Shown here piece after piece: positions 42,474 through 52,764 of a DNA stretch of 64,000 nucleotides. A model generated the notes under the pieces. The model had not been told where the DNA came from, ran no database searches, and saw only the letters and a list, made by a program, of their open reading frames with translations. Source of the DNA: Longimicrobiales bacterium. GTDB lineage: Bacteria; Gemmatimonadota; Gemmatimonadetes; Longimicrobiales; Gaopeijiaceae. Location: contig CBDDCX010000008.1 in NCBI GenBank assembly GCA_965226375.1, positions 160,001-224,000 on the forward strand. The letters are read 5' to 3'. The position numbers and the translations under genes are program-made. Within the stretch, counting starts at the first letter, position 1, and every line of letters begins with the position of its first letter.

Positions 42474-43597
42474 GCCTCCGGCTCCCCGTCCGCCTCATGC
42501 CCGCCACCCTGGTCGGCTTTGGATTTTCGGACGGCCTCGGCCAACGCCTCTCCCAGCGGGTGTGTGTGCACTCCCTGCTCCGTCACAATACCGGAGACCA
42601 GGCTCGCGGGTGTCACGTCGAAGGCGGGGCTCCACACCCGCACGCCGGCAGGGGCGGTCCGGAACCCGAAGCCCTCGGCGACCTCGTCCGCTCCCCTGAA
42701 CTCGATGGGGATGTCCACGCCGGAAGGGGTGGCCAGATCCACGGTGGACGTCGGTGCGAGCACGTAGAAAGGGACTCCGTGATGGTGGGCAAGGATGGCC
42801 AGGCCGTACGTCCCCACCTTGTTGGCGACATCGCCGTTGGCGGCGATCCGGTCGGCTCCTACGAAGACGATGTCGGGCGGCGAGTCGAGGAAGAGCGCTC
42901 CGGCCATGTTGTCCGTGATGATCGTCACGTCGATTCCGGAGCGGTTCAGTTCCCACGCCGTGAGCCTACTGCCCTGCAGGAGCGGACGTGTCTCGCTCGA
43001 AAACACCCGGACCGCACGGCCGTCTTCTCTGGCCAGGTAGAGGGGTGCCAGTGCAGTGCCGATCCCACCGGTCGCCAGGGCACCGGCGTTGCAGTGTGTG
43101 AGGACGGAGGTCCCGTCATCGACCAGGGGAAGTGCGTGCTCTCCGATCTGCCGGCACATGACCCGATCCTGGTCCAGGATGCGGCCGGCCTCTTCGCGGA
43201 GGGCACGGGCCAGCTCCGCGGTATCGCTCCACTGGCGGCCGAGCGCCAGCGAGCTCATGCGCTCCAGAGCCCACCCGAGGTTGACGGCCGTGGGACGGAC
43301 CTGGGCTAGTTGACGACACCATTCCGTCACCTCTGCAACGGTCCCCCCACCTTCTGCGGTCCGCGCGGTGGCGAGCGCGGCTACGCCCATCGCCGCAGTG
43401 ATCCCGATGAGAGGGGCTCCCCGTACCCGCAGGCTCATGATGGCTTCGCGCAGATCCTCGAGGGTGCGGAGTTCTCTGTAGACCTCTTCCACTGGAAGCT
43501 CGGTCTGATCGAGGACAACAAGCCCCGCACCGTCGTCCGCCCATCGGACCGTAACAGGCGGTCCCGGGGAATCGTCCATGTGTACGCGCGCGTTCAT
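42470..43597 (-). CDS. mtnA: S-methyl-5-thioribose-1-phosphate isomerase
   Basis: LDQT.LP, VRGAP, RPTAVNL, THCNAG.LAT, ETRP..QG.RLT, GADRI..NGD.ANK.GT and FDVTP motifs. Confidence 0.94.
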   Translation of the reverse strand: MNARVHMDDSPGPPVTVRWADDGAGLVVLDQTELPVEEVYRELRTLEDLREAIMSLRVRGAPLIGITAAMGVAALATARTAEGGGTVAEVTEWCRQLAQVRPTAVNLGWALERMSSLALGRQWSDTAELARALREEAGRILDQDRVMCRQIGEHALPLVDDGTSVLTHCNAGALATGGIGTALAPLYLAREDGRAVRVFSSETRPLLQGSRLTAWELNRSGIDVTIITDNMAGALFLDSPPDIVFVGADRIAANGDVANKVGTYGLAILAHHHGVPFYVLAPTSTVDLATPSGVDIPIEFRGADEVAEGFGFRTAPAGVRVWSPAFDVTPASLVSGIVTEQGVHTHPLGEALAEAVRKSKADQGGGHEADGEPEA

Positions 43598-43776
43598 CGT
43601 GGGCAAGATACCGTGGCTCGTGCGGGGCGCGACGGTTGGCCGTCCGCGACCCGTCCCTTCCGAAACCGCATCCTTGCGGTTCTCGTCGTGGATGGTGTAC
43701 CGGTGGCCATCGATGCCACCGACGTAGCCCGCTACTATCTGGGTGATCGGGACCCGCAAGTCGTGCCGGAGTAGCC

Positions 43777-44136
43777 GTGAGAAACTTCGCGATCCGCCTC
43801 ATCATCAATGCCTTCGCCCTGACGGGCGCGGCCTACTTCGTCCGTGGTATCGACCTGACCGGGGGGTATCTGGATGTGCTGTTGGTGGCCCTCGTTTTCG
43901 GGCTCGTGAACGCTCTGGTCAAGCCCATCGTCTTCTTCTTCTCACTGCCGTTTCTCTTTTTCACCCTGGGACTCTTCTATCTGGTGATCAACGGCGCGAT
44001 GCTGCTCCTCACGGCCGAGTTGGTGGACAATTTTGCCGTTGAGGGAATCTGGCCGGCGGTAGCGGGGAGCGTGGTCATCTCGATCATATCGATGCTGCTT
44101 TCGGTTCTTCTGAAGGACGAAGAGAAGAAGAAGTGA
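43777..44136 (+). CDS. YvlD-like 4-TM membrane protein (annotated family 'phage holin 4_2')
   Basis: GLVNALVKP...LP...TLGLF.LVING signature. Confidence 0.85.
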   Translation: MRNFAIRLIINAFALTGAAYFVRGIDLTGGYLDVLLVALVFGLVNALVKPIVFFFSLPFLFFTLGLFYLVINGAMLLLTAELVDNFAVEGIWPAVAGSVVISIISMLLSVLLKDEEKKK

Positions 44137-45049
44137 TCGCCCACTCGGCGCCCACCACCGTCATGACTCCCGCCACCAATCCGTAGGCCACACCGAGCAG
44201 CACGTCGATCAGGTAGTGGTGGTTCAGATACACGGCCGCGAAGCACATGATTGCCAGGAAGACCAACGTGAGGGTGCGGAAGGCGCCGAGCCTGAAGGCG
44301 AAGAAGACCGAGAGTGTAGGGTACGATACGTGCAGCGACGGGATGGCCCCGAACGAGTTCGCCCCGTAGCCGTACATGCGGGTAAAGAAGGCCGTCCCAA
44401 ACAGGTCGTCGAACCGACCAGCTCGGCCGAGGTTCCCCGGGACGTCCAGAAGCACCGTCTCCAGGCCGTGGGCTTCTACATACCACGGGGGAGCGGCCGG
44501 ATAGAGATACCAGGTGGCGTACCCCACGATGTTGACCACCAGAAAGCACCACACGAGGCTTTGGGCCGTCCAGAAGCGGCGCTCCACGCTCCAATCGGCG
44601 CTCGTGCCCCCAGCTTGCACATGGCCCCTATAGATCCGCCTGGTCAGAAGCAGAGCGACCAGCATGAACACCTCGATGAACGTCAGGTACGCGCCACCCG
44701 CGATCAGATCCAGGACCGGATGAAGGTGAAGTCCCAGCCACTCGTTGGGAGTGAGGGGCCCGGTGGGAGAGGGAATGCCGAACAGGCTCCTCTCGAGTAG
44801 GTAGGGCCCCGCGATGTCCGGGGTGCCCCTGAAGCCCCCCCAATACCTCTGACCGTCGTAGACGATTCCGGTGAGAATGAAGGGTAGAACGAAGAGCAGA
44901 GCCTGTCGCCCGCGAGACCCGAGGTGAGACAAGAGGAGCACGACGCCACCGAACAGGAGGTGGTCGAGCTTGATCACTCCCGCCAGCGTGGCCAGAAGAA
45001 ACCAGTAGAGGCCTACCAGAACCCACGGCAGGATTCTTCCCCTCGTCAC
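44084..45049 (-). CDS. AUR1/IPT1-like PAP2 superfamily membrane phosphotransferase
   Basis: YPAAPPWY, AIPSLH and HHYLIDV motifs with several TM helices. Confidence 0.82.
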   Translation of the reverse strand: MTRGRILPWVLVGLYWFLLATLAGVIKLDHLLFGGVVLLLSHLGSRGRQALLFVLPFILTGIVYDGQRYWGGFRGTPDIAGPYLLERSLFGIPSPTGPLTPNEWLGLHLHPVLDLIAGGAYLTFIEVFMLVALLLTRRIYRGHVQAGGTSADWSVERRFWTAQSLVWCFLVVNIVGYATWYLYPAAPPWYVEAHGLETVLLDVPGNLGRAGRFDDLFGTAFFTRMYGYGANSFGAIPSLHVSYPTLSVFFAFRLGAFRTLTLVFLAIMCFAAVYLNHHYLIDVLLGVAYGLVAGVMTVVGAEWAITSSSLRPSEEPKAASI

Positions 45050-47945
45050 GCCCCGCAGGTCCGGGTCACGTAGTCTTCCGATAGCACGCGATCCATCACC
45101 TCCACGACGCGGTCTGCATTACTTCTCCCACCGCCGGGCGTCTCCCCATGAGGGCGCGAAGCCCGTTCCCTAGGTGGTCGCCGACGCGGTGGGCGTGCTC
45201 CTGTAGACCCTCGTCCTCGATTACGTCGAGTACCGCCAGGCCGGCTGCACACGAGACGGGATTACCGCCGAAGCTGTTGAAGTACTCCATTCCGTTCGCG
45301 AAGCTCTCGGCGATCTCGGGCGTCGTGACCACGGCGCCCAATGGGTGCCCGTTTCCGATGGGTTTGCCCATGGTAACGATGTCGGGAACGACGCCCTGGG
45401 TCTCGAAGCCCCAGAAGTGGCTTCCCACTCGGCCGAAGCCGACCTGCACCTCGTCACAGATGCAAACGCCGCCGTCCCCCCGCACCAGGGCGTAGGCCGC
45501 CTCGAGGTAGCCCGGGGGGAGCTCGATTTGCCCTCCGCAGCTCATCAGGCTCTCGCAGATGAACGCGGCGGGGCCGAACGATCTGCGCTGACACTCTGCG
45601 ATGGCCTCTACAATCAGGTCCGCGAAGCGCTGGCCTCGATGCGGGTCGCTCCGTCGGAACCGCCCGCGATAGTCGTCGGGCATGGCCACCGCATGGACAT
45701 GGGGGGCGGCGCCCTCTCCACCTGGTCCCTCGAATTTGTACGGGCTTGCCGCTACCGTGGCTGCCGTATTCCCGTGGTACGCACCCTCCACCACAATGAA
45801 ATCGTCACGGTTCGTATGGGCATGAGCGAGCCGAAACGCCAACTCGTTCGCCTCGCTTCCAGAGTTCACCAGGAAACAGACGGAGAGCGGGTCGGGCAAG
45901 GTGGCCGTCAGACGCTCGCAATAGCGTCCGATGAGCTCGTGCAGGTACCGGGTGTTCGTGTTGAGGACGCCCATCTGCCTTCGGGCGGCCTCTACGACCC
46001 GAGGATGACAGTGCCCCACGTGACAGATGTTGTTCACGCCGTCGAGGTACGCTTGCCCCTCCGCGTCGAAGAGGTGTTGCTTCCACCCTCGGACGATATG
46101 AAGGGGTTCGCTGTACGAAAGGCTAAGGGAGGGCCCCAGATACTCCCGACGGAGATCCTTGATCTCTTCGGGGCGAGTCGTGGGAGCGAAGACCGAACCC
46201 TCGGGCAGGCCCAACAGGACGCCCGGGTCGGGGGAGAGGCTCAGCCAAACGTGCTGCTGGCTGGGAAGGGCCACCCCCGGAAAGGTGCCTTCTTCGTCCA
46301 GCAGGTCGGTGATCAACTGGAAGTGGAGATGCGGCGGCCAATCTCCGTTCTCCGGAAAGTCGCCGAGCCGGGCGATCTCCTGACCGCGTGTCAGGTGACT
46401 CCCGACCTCCAGGTTGTCCAGGGACTCTGCGCTCAGATGCCCGTACAGAGTGTAGAAGGTCGGCCCGTCGTTTGGTGAGTGAGCGAGGATGATCGTGGGC
46501 CCGTAGTCGAGCCGTTCGGAGTTGTTTTTCAGGCCCTGGACGTGCCCATCGAGGGGAGCGAGAACAGGGCTTCCAGCGGGGAGGAAGAGGTCGATGGCGG
46601 TGTGAACGGTCCGTCGTTCCGGGAATTCCCCGGCGGCCTGCCTGTAGTTGTCCGAGGCGTACCACATACGGGGCTCGGCGTATCGACCGACGCCCACCGG
46701 GGCCTCCTCCTCTTCCAGACGGCGCACGAGGTGCATGGCGAACGTGGCCGGGTCGAGGACCTGATCGAGGTCGTCGATCTCGAAGCTGGCCGCGCTGAGG
46801 TCGAATACGAAGGCATCGTCCAGATTCTCTCCGACCACGGGCCCCATCTCTTCCCGGTGCGCCCCGATCCAGTCGGTCACTGCGTGGTGTCGGGGGCATG
46901 GCTCGAGTCCACAGGCGCCTCTGAACAGGTTACGGGCCAGGCGCGGGTGGACGGAGGCCAATCGGCTCAACGCTTCCCAGGCCGGAGCCTCGCTGATGGT
47001 CAGGTAGCCGTCCCCCGAATCATCTCCGCCCTCTGAGGCGGAGACACTGACGGTCACACCGAGGCGAGCCTGAACCAGGGGAAAGAGAATCTCCAATTCC
47101 GCCTCGTCGAGCGGACGTGCGCGATGGTATCCGCGCACCACAGAGATCATCGCAGCCGTGGGGTCGGGCCCGTCCATGAGTGCGTAGGCCGCGCCGATCG
47201 CGAGATCACAGACGGTGGCGCTCTCGAGCACGTCCCCGAAGTCCAGGAGTCCGACCACCTCACGCCCCTCGGCGGCGGGGGGGCCGACCAGGACGTTGTA
47301 ATCGTTGGCGTCATTGTGGATCACGCCACGCGGAACGTCGGACAGGACTGGCGTTACGACCCGCTCGAACGCGCGCCCCACAGCCTCGACCTGCGCCCGG
47401 CGGTGCTTGTCTGCGATATGTGAAACGCCTGCGGCCATGACGTCGGGGGCACGGGTGAGATCCCACCGGTAGCCCGGTCGTACGGCGGCCGGGTGGTCGA
47501 AGCCCGAGAGCACGGCGTCGAGCCGTCCGATCGCCTCACCCAAGGACTCCAGCAGAGCGGGGGTTCGGGGCCGGACCGTTCCGAGCACCTCGCCCTTCAC
47601 GTAGGTGAGGAGCCGCACCCAGTGGCTGTCTCCGTCCTGGCCGGGGGCGGAGAGTCCACGGTCCCCCGTCTTGGTCGGTACCGTACGGGGAAGCTCGATG
47701 CCGATATCGCGGTCGGCGAGGAAGGCCAGGGTGTCGCTCTGGAGATCCAACACCGCCATGGGCTCGTCGGCGTTGGCAATCTTCAGGATAAACCGGTCGC
47801 CTCCGTCGGAGACCACACGGAAGTTCTGATCACGCCAGCTGGGAAGTGACTCGACGTCGCCAACGATCCCGTAGTGAGACCCGAGGAGCTCGAGAGCTTG
47901 CGCCTTGCTGAGGCGCGGACGTTGACCCTTCTGTGGCTTGCTCAC
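45046..47945 (-). pseudogene. Aminoglycoside/hydroxylysine-kinase-like + M23 + class III PLP aminotransferase/phospho-lyase fusion, with an apparent internal deletion near the 3' end
   Basis: IHNDANDYN and LDFGD (kinase); HTAIDL and HLH (M23); DEVQVGFGR and MGKP.GNG (PLP). The frame breaks after GEV (~45120); the terminal helix [13 protein letters not shown] is in another frame whose stop overlaps the next GTG. Confidence 0.8.
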
Positions 47946-48048
47946 GGTCGCAACGTACCGGGGTACGGGCGGCTTTGCTATGCGGGCGGTTGTAGCTCCC
48001 GGGGCTCCCCGGAAGGCTCTTGGATGACCCGATCTGGGCGGGAAAGAC

Positions 48049-48417
48049 TCAGGCCGGGGAAGGCCAGGGGTTCGGATCGGGTCGGACGCCCTTGCGAGGC
48101 GGCGCCTCGAGATTGGCCATGCGCTCCATGAACGCTCGCTCGTCCCGGGTAAGCGTGTCTACGCCGGCACCGTCGATCTGGCCGAGCAGGCGTTCCACGT
48201 ATTCGCGGTTCACCTCATGGAGACGCTCGAGCGAGATGCGGCGCCACCACTCCTCGTCCTCCTGGTCGCGGACGCCCTTGGACGCGTAGTACGAGTTGGG
48301 GCGCTCTACCACGCGCTGGGCAGCGATCAACTTTTTCCTGCGGCTCAGCCATGCCCTCCGGAGGCCGAAGCCTCCGAGAACAACAGCCAGAATCAAAGTC
48401 GGCAACCAAGTAAGCAT
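48049..48417 (-). CDS. Small hypothetical protein with an N-terminal TM helix
   Basis: TM helix, then VERLL.QI...G...LT..ER.F motif like the tails of some rhomboid-associated proteins. Confidence 0.6.
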   Translation of the reverse strand: MLTWLPTLILAVVLGGFGLRRAWLSRRKKLIAAQRVVERPNSYYASKGVRDQEDEEWWRRISLERLHEVNREYVERLLGQIDGAGVDTLTRDERAFMERMANLEAPPRKGVRPDPNPWPSPA

Positions 48418-48628
48418 GTCATCCACCACCCGACGGGCTCTAACAACCTCTCTACATACTGTTCGACGCCTTATGTGTTCCGAGGGTTGCGAGCGTCCCA
48501 GTGATTCTAATACGCGCGGGCCCCACCGAAAGGTTTCATCGTGCCGCGTGGGCGAGCCAGAAGGGGTTCGTTCCCGGATCGGCCGGCGGGTCGCGGCGCT
48601 TCGGGGCGCGCAGCCGGCGACTGTACGC

Positions 48629-48727
48629 CATACGATCGTATGATCCGTGATCCGTCCCATACGTGTAGTAAGACGTTTTTTATTGCCATTTTCTCACGAG
48701 CACATTAGGTTCATACGAACGTTTGAA
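48629..48727 (+). promoter_or_regulatory. Promoter and probable TetR operators of the efflux operon
   Basis: Perfect palindrome CATACGATCGTATG (48629-48642) and related TTCATACGAACGTTTGAA (48710-48727), flanking TTGCCA-17bp-TAGGTT (48683-48711). Confidence 0.75.
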
Positions 48728-48744
48728 TTACTCTGAGGAATGAC

Positions 48745-49359
48745 ATGAACTCACCTTCGCGGAACACAGACACCTCGGACCGTCTACGGACCGCCGGGCG
48801 CCGGATCTTCGCACGCCAGGGATACGAAGGCGCCTCCGTGCGCACGATCACACGCGAGGCTCGGGCCAACCTGGGGGCGGTGACCTACCACTTCGGGAGT
48901 AAGGAAGGCCTGTATGAGGCGGTCGTGGAAGGTGCGCTCGCTCCGTTGAGGCAGCGAGTTACCGAGGCCGCCTCGGTGCCGGGTCCGCCGCTCGAGAGGA
49001 TCGAAGGAGTGGTTCGAGCCTTTTTCGCCCACCTGAGCGAGAATCCGGACATGCCTCACTTCATGCTCCAGCAGGTCACTTCTGGAGTCGAGCCCATCGA
49101 GCCGGTCCAGCAGACCATGCAGCACGTTATCGGCACGCTCTCGACCCTTCTTCTCGAGGGCCAGAAGGACGGCAGCGTCCTTGAGTCGGACCTGTTGCCC
49201 ACGGTCGTCGGAATCATCGCGCTTCCCGTCCACCTGACCCTGGTGGGCCAACTGCTGTCCCGCGTGGGCCGCCTTCCCGATGGGGTCTCTGCAGACCGGG
49301 CAGAGGAGCATGCCGTACAGTTCGTAACACGGGCGCTCAGCGCCGAGGAGGTTGAATGA
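48745..49359 (+). CDS. TetR/AcrR family transcriptional regulator
   Basis: FARQGYEGASVRTI...ANLGAVTYHFGSKEGLY HTH. Confidence 0.93.
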   Translation: MNSPSRNTDTSDRLRTAGRRIFARQGYEGASVRTITREARANLGAVTYHFGSKEGLYEAVVEGALAPLRQRVTEAASVPGPPLERIEGVVRAFFAHLSENPDMPHFMLQQVTSGVEPIEPVQQTMQHVIGTLSTLLLEGQKDGSVLESDLLPTVVGIIALPVHLTLVGQLLSRVGRLPDGVSADRAEEHAVQFVTRALSAEEVE

Positions 49360-50795
49360 ACTCGGACGATAGGGTGACTCGAGGCGCCAGCTGTTCCGGC
49401 GCCGACAGAGCCGACTCGTTAGGTCGCCGGAACGCTCTGGTCGGTCTCGTCTGCCTCGTCGTCCTGGCTTCGGCGATGTCGGCGCAGAGTGCGGCGGCCC
49501 AGGCGGTGGATCGTGCATCCTCCGGAGCCCCGCTGACTTTCGCTGTAGCCGTGGCGATGACGTTGGAGAGCCATCCATTCCTGCTGGGCGGAGTGGCCCG
49601 CCAAAGAGCCGCCCAAGAGGCCCACAGAGTCAGTACGGGAGAGCGCTTCCCGTCACTGAGCGTACTAGGAACGGCGACGCAGTTCGAGGAACCGATGCTC
49701 GTCTCACCGATTCATGGCTTCGAACCCGACCTGATCCCGCCCTTTGACGAGACGCTCTTCCGGGTCGGAGCCGCGCTCGGATACACCGTCTATGATGGCG
49801 GAGCGAGGGGCGCCCGGATCTCGGCGTCTGCCGCCCGGGCCACGTCCGCCCAGTCGGATCTCCGAGCGGCTCGCCAGGACCTCATCGGCCAGGTAGCGAT
49901 GAGCTACCTCGGTGTGCTCCTGGCTCGAGATCAGCTGGAGGCCCATGACCAGCGTATCGCCGCGTTACAGTCGGAGCTGGACCGGGTCCAGGATCTCTTG
50001 GCCGTGGGCCGGGCTCCTCGGGTGGAGGTCCTGCGTGCGGAAGCGGCCCTGGCCGACGCCCGCGCCGACCGGATCCGGACGACCACCATGCGACGCGTGA
50101 CCGAGGGCGAGCTGGGCCGGTTGGCGGGTCTGCCGGATGGCTCGCTCGACGGGCGTCCGTTGCGGGAGGTCACTCTCAGGAAAGGCCCCGAACTAGACCG
50201 GAATCGATTGTTCTCGGCATCCGTGGCAGCCAACCCGAGTGTGCAGCGCGCCAGGGACGAACTCACATCCTCAGAGGCCGCGGTTGATGTCGCCCGCGGT
50301 GCCCGCAGGCCCAATGTGGACCTTCAGGCGGCCTTCGTGGACCAGGGAAGCCTGGAAGGGAACTTCACCGCCGAGTGGAACGTCGGCCTCGCCGTCTCCC
50401 TGCCCGTCTTTACCGGGGGACGCCTTCGACATGGCGTTTCCCGCGCGGAGGCGCTTCGTGAAGCCTCGAGAGAAGGAGTGCGTCTCGCCGAGATGAGGGC
50501 GGCCGCAGGAGTCGACATGGCACTGGCAGCGTGGGAAGAGGCCGAGGCGCGGACCGTGAGCCTTCGGGTCGCGGTGGATCGCTCCACCGAGGTGGCTCGT
50601 ATCGAGCGACTCCGGCTCGACGCCGGCGCGGGTGTTCAGGCGGACTATCTACAGGCCGAAGCGGCGCTTCTCTCACTCAGAGTGGCGCTGAGTGAAGCGG
50701 AGCACGGGGCCGTGCTCGCACGGATCAGACTCGCCGAAGCTGTGGGTGAGCTAGACGAGAGCTGGCTGGCACAGAACCTGGGAGAAGTATCATGA
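49356..50795 (+). CDS. TolC-family outer-membrane efflux protein
   Basis: Signal peptide; two OEP repeats (P.L...YDGG; P.V...LPVFTGG). Confidence 0.9.
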   Translation: MNSDDRVTRGASCSGADRADSLGRRNALVGLVCLVVLASAMSAQSAAAQAVDRASSGAPLTFAVAVAMTLESHPFLLGGVARQRAAQEAHRVSTGERFPSLSVLGTATQFEEPMLVSPIHGFEPDLIPPFDETLFRVGAALGYTVYDGGARGARISASAARATSAQSDLRAARQDLIGQVAMSYLGVLLARDQLEAHDQRIAALQSELDRVQDLLAVGRAPRVEVLRAEAALADARADRIRTTTMRRVTEGELGRLAGLPDGSLDGRPLREVTLRKGPELDRNRLFSASVAANPSVQRARDELTSSEAAVDVARGARRPNVDLQAAFVDQGSLEGNFTAEWNVGLAVSLPVFTGGRLRHGVSRAEALREASREGVRLAEMRAAAGVDMALAAWEEAEARTVSLRVAVDRSTEVARIERLRLDAGAGVQADYLQAEAALLSLRVALSEAEHGAVLARIRLAEAVGELDESWLAQNLGEVS

Positions 50796-51802
50796 GTGGA
50801 CGTCGACCCCCACGACCTGTCCTGGTGGTGATCGTGTTGGCCGTGGCAAGCGGCATACTGTGGTTCGGATTCCTGAGAGAGGGCGAGACCGGAGGTGGGA
50901 TGACCGCGTCCGGTACGGTGGAGGCCACCGAGGGCCAGCTCGCGTTCCAGGCGTCGGGCCGGATCCTGGAGATCAGTGCCCGGGAGGGCGATCGAGTCTC
51001 GGCCGGCCAGCAGTTGGCCAGTCTCGACCTGTCCGAACTCGACGCCCGCCGTGCTCAACTCGTGGCCCAGCTCGCGGTGGCGCGAGCCGGATTGGCAGAG
51101 CTCCAGAGCGGGTTCCGCGAGGAGGAGGTGGCCCAGGGGCGTGCAGGTCTCCGGGCGGCCGAGGCGCAGGTCGGAGACGCCGAGCGCGACTTCGAGCGTG
51201 CCCGGCTCCTGCATGACGGTGGTGCGGTGAGCGAGGAGGCACTGGAGAAGAGCGAACTCGCTCTGAGTCTTGCTCGCATCAGGGCCGACGAACGGGGAGA
51301 GGCAGTTCGGCTGCTCGAGTCGGGACCACGTCCGGAGAGGGTGGATGCCCAGGCCGCCCAGGTTGCGGCGGCGGAAGCCGGAATCCAGATCATGGACGCG
51401 ACGCTGTCCTTCGCGACCATCAGGGCCCCCTTCGACGGTGTGGTGACCGTCAGGCACAGGGAGCCGGGTGAGACGGCCCCGCCGGGCGCGCCCGTGCTCA
51501 CCCTCATGAATCCCGACGATCGCTGGGTCCGGATCTATGTGCAGGAGGATCGGATCGGAAGGGTCCTACTGGGACAGACGGCCACCATCACCTCTGACAG
51601 CTATCCCGATCGCACCTATGAGGGGCGAGTGACCTTTATCGGCTCCGAGGCGGAGTTCACTCCCAAGAACGTACAGACGCCCGAGGAGCGGGTGAAGTTG
51701 GTCTATGCGGTGAAGATCCAGGTGGTGGGGGACGCGTCCTTCGAGCTCAAGCCGGGCATGCCCGCCGACGTTGAGCTCGACGACGGAGGCGCGACTCCGT
51801 GA
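50792..51802 (+). CDS. HlyD-family membrane fusion protein (YbhG-like)
   Basis: ASGTVEA, IRAPFDG, AEFTPKNVQT and LKPGMP motifs. Confidence 0.92.
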   Translation: MSGRRPPRPVLVVIVLAVASGILWFGFLREGETGGGMTASGTVEATEGQLAFQASGRILEISAREGDRVSAGQQLASLDLSELDARRAQLVAQLAVARAGLAELQSGFREEEVAQGRAGLRAAEAQVGDAERDFERARLLHDGGAVSEEALEKSELALSLARIRADERGEAVRLLESGPRPERVDAQAAQVAAAEAGIQIMDATLSFATIRAPFDGVVTVRHREPGETAPPGAPVLTLMNPDDRWVRIYVQEDRIGRVLLGQTATITSDSYPDRTYEGRVTFIGSEAEFTPKNVQTPEERVKLVYAVKIQVVGDASFELKPGMPADVELDDGGATP

Positions 51803-52764
51803 CCGTCCAGGCGAGGGCGCCTTGGGCGGTTCACACAGAGGGCCTGACCCGAACGTTCGGTCCTTTGGTCGCGGTCGACGGCCTGTCGCTCGAGGTCGCT
51901 ACCGGAGAGCTCTTCGGCCTCGTGGGCCCCGACGGAGCCGGCAAAACGACCACGCTGCGGATGCTCGCAGGTGTTCTACGCCCCTCGAGTGGGCGCGCCT
52001 GGGTTTTCGACACGGATGTGGTCGAAGACCCGGAGGCCGTCAAGAGCAAGATCGCCTACATGTCGCAGCGCTTCGGTCTCTACCACGACCTCACCGTGGG
52101 CGAAAATCTGGACTTCTACGCAGACCTCTTCGGCGTCCCGCGGGATCAACGTGAGGAGAGGCTCGCACGACTCTACGACTTCTCGGGCCTGGGCCCGTTC
52201 AAGGACCGTCGGGCCGAGGCCCTCTCCGGCGGGATGAAGCAGAAGCTCGGACTCTCGTGCGCCTTGATCCACCGCCCGCGCCTTCTGCTCCTGGACGAAC
52301 CGACGTTCGGAGTGGATCCCATATCACGCCGTGATCTCTGGTTGATCATCCACGAGATGGTGGACGAAGGTGTGTCCGTGGTCGTGAGCACGGCCTACAT
52401 GGACGAGGCCGAGCGATTCGATCGGCTGGCCTTTCTGGAGGCGGGCAGAACCCTCTCGGTGGACACGCCCGACGCGCTCCGACAGGGGCTCTCCGGTCGG
52501 CTGCTCTCGGTTCGGGTCGGAGATCGATCGAGGACCGCCCGGGACGTGCTGAGGGCCATCCCGCTCGTCACCGACGCCTCGGTGTTCGGCGACCGGCTAC
52601 ACGTGGTCATGGAGGACGCGGTCTCGGGTGCGGGCGTGCTTCGGGCCGCTCTCGTGTCTCAGGGGTTTCCCGACGCGGTGGTGGAGTCCGTCGACGAACC
52701 GTCGCTCGAGGACGTGTTCATGGATCAGGTCGGGGGCGACAAGGAAGATCATGAAATCGCCTGA
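51799..52764 (+). CDS. ABC transporter ATP-binding subunit
   Basis: GPDGAGKT, LSGGMKQK and LLDEPT motifs. Confidence 0.93.
   Translation: MTVQARAPWAVHTEGLTRTFGPLVAVDGLSLEVATGELFGLVGPDGAGKTTTLRMLAGVLRPSSGRAWVFDTDVVEDPEAVKSKIAYMSQRFGLYHDLTVGENLDFYADLFGVPRDQREERLARLYDFSGLGPFKDRRAEALSGGMKQKLGLSCALIHRPRLLLLDEPTFGVDPISRRDLWLIIHEMVDEGVSVVVSTAYMDEAERFDRLAFLEAGRTLSVDTPDALRQGLSGRLLSVRVGDRSRTARDVLRAIPLVTDASVFGDRLHVVMEDAVSGAGVLRAALVSQGFPDAVVESVDEPSLEDVFMDQVGGDKEDHEIA

Noticed and set aside
43777..44136. 'Phage holin' family gene as evidence of a prophage
   Set aside because: YvlD-like proteins are common chromosomal genes, and there are no phage genes nearby.
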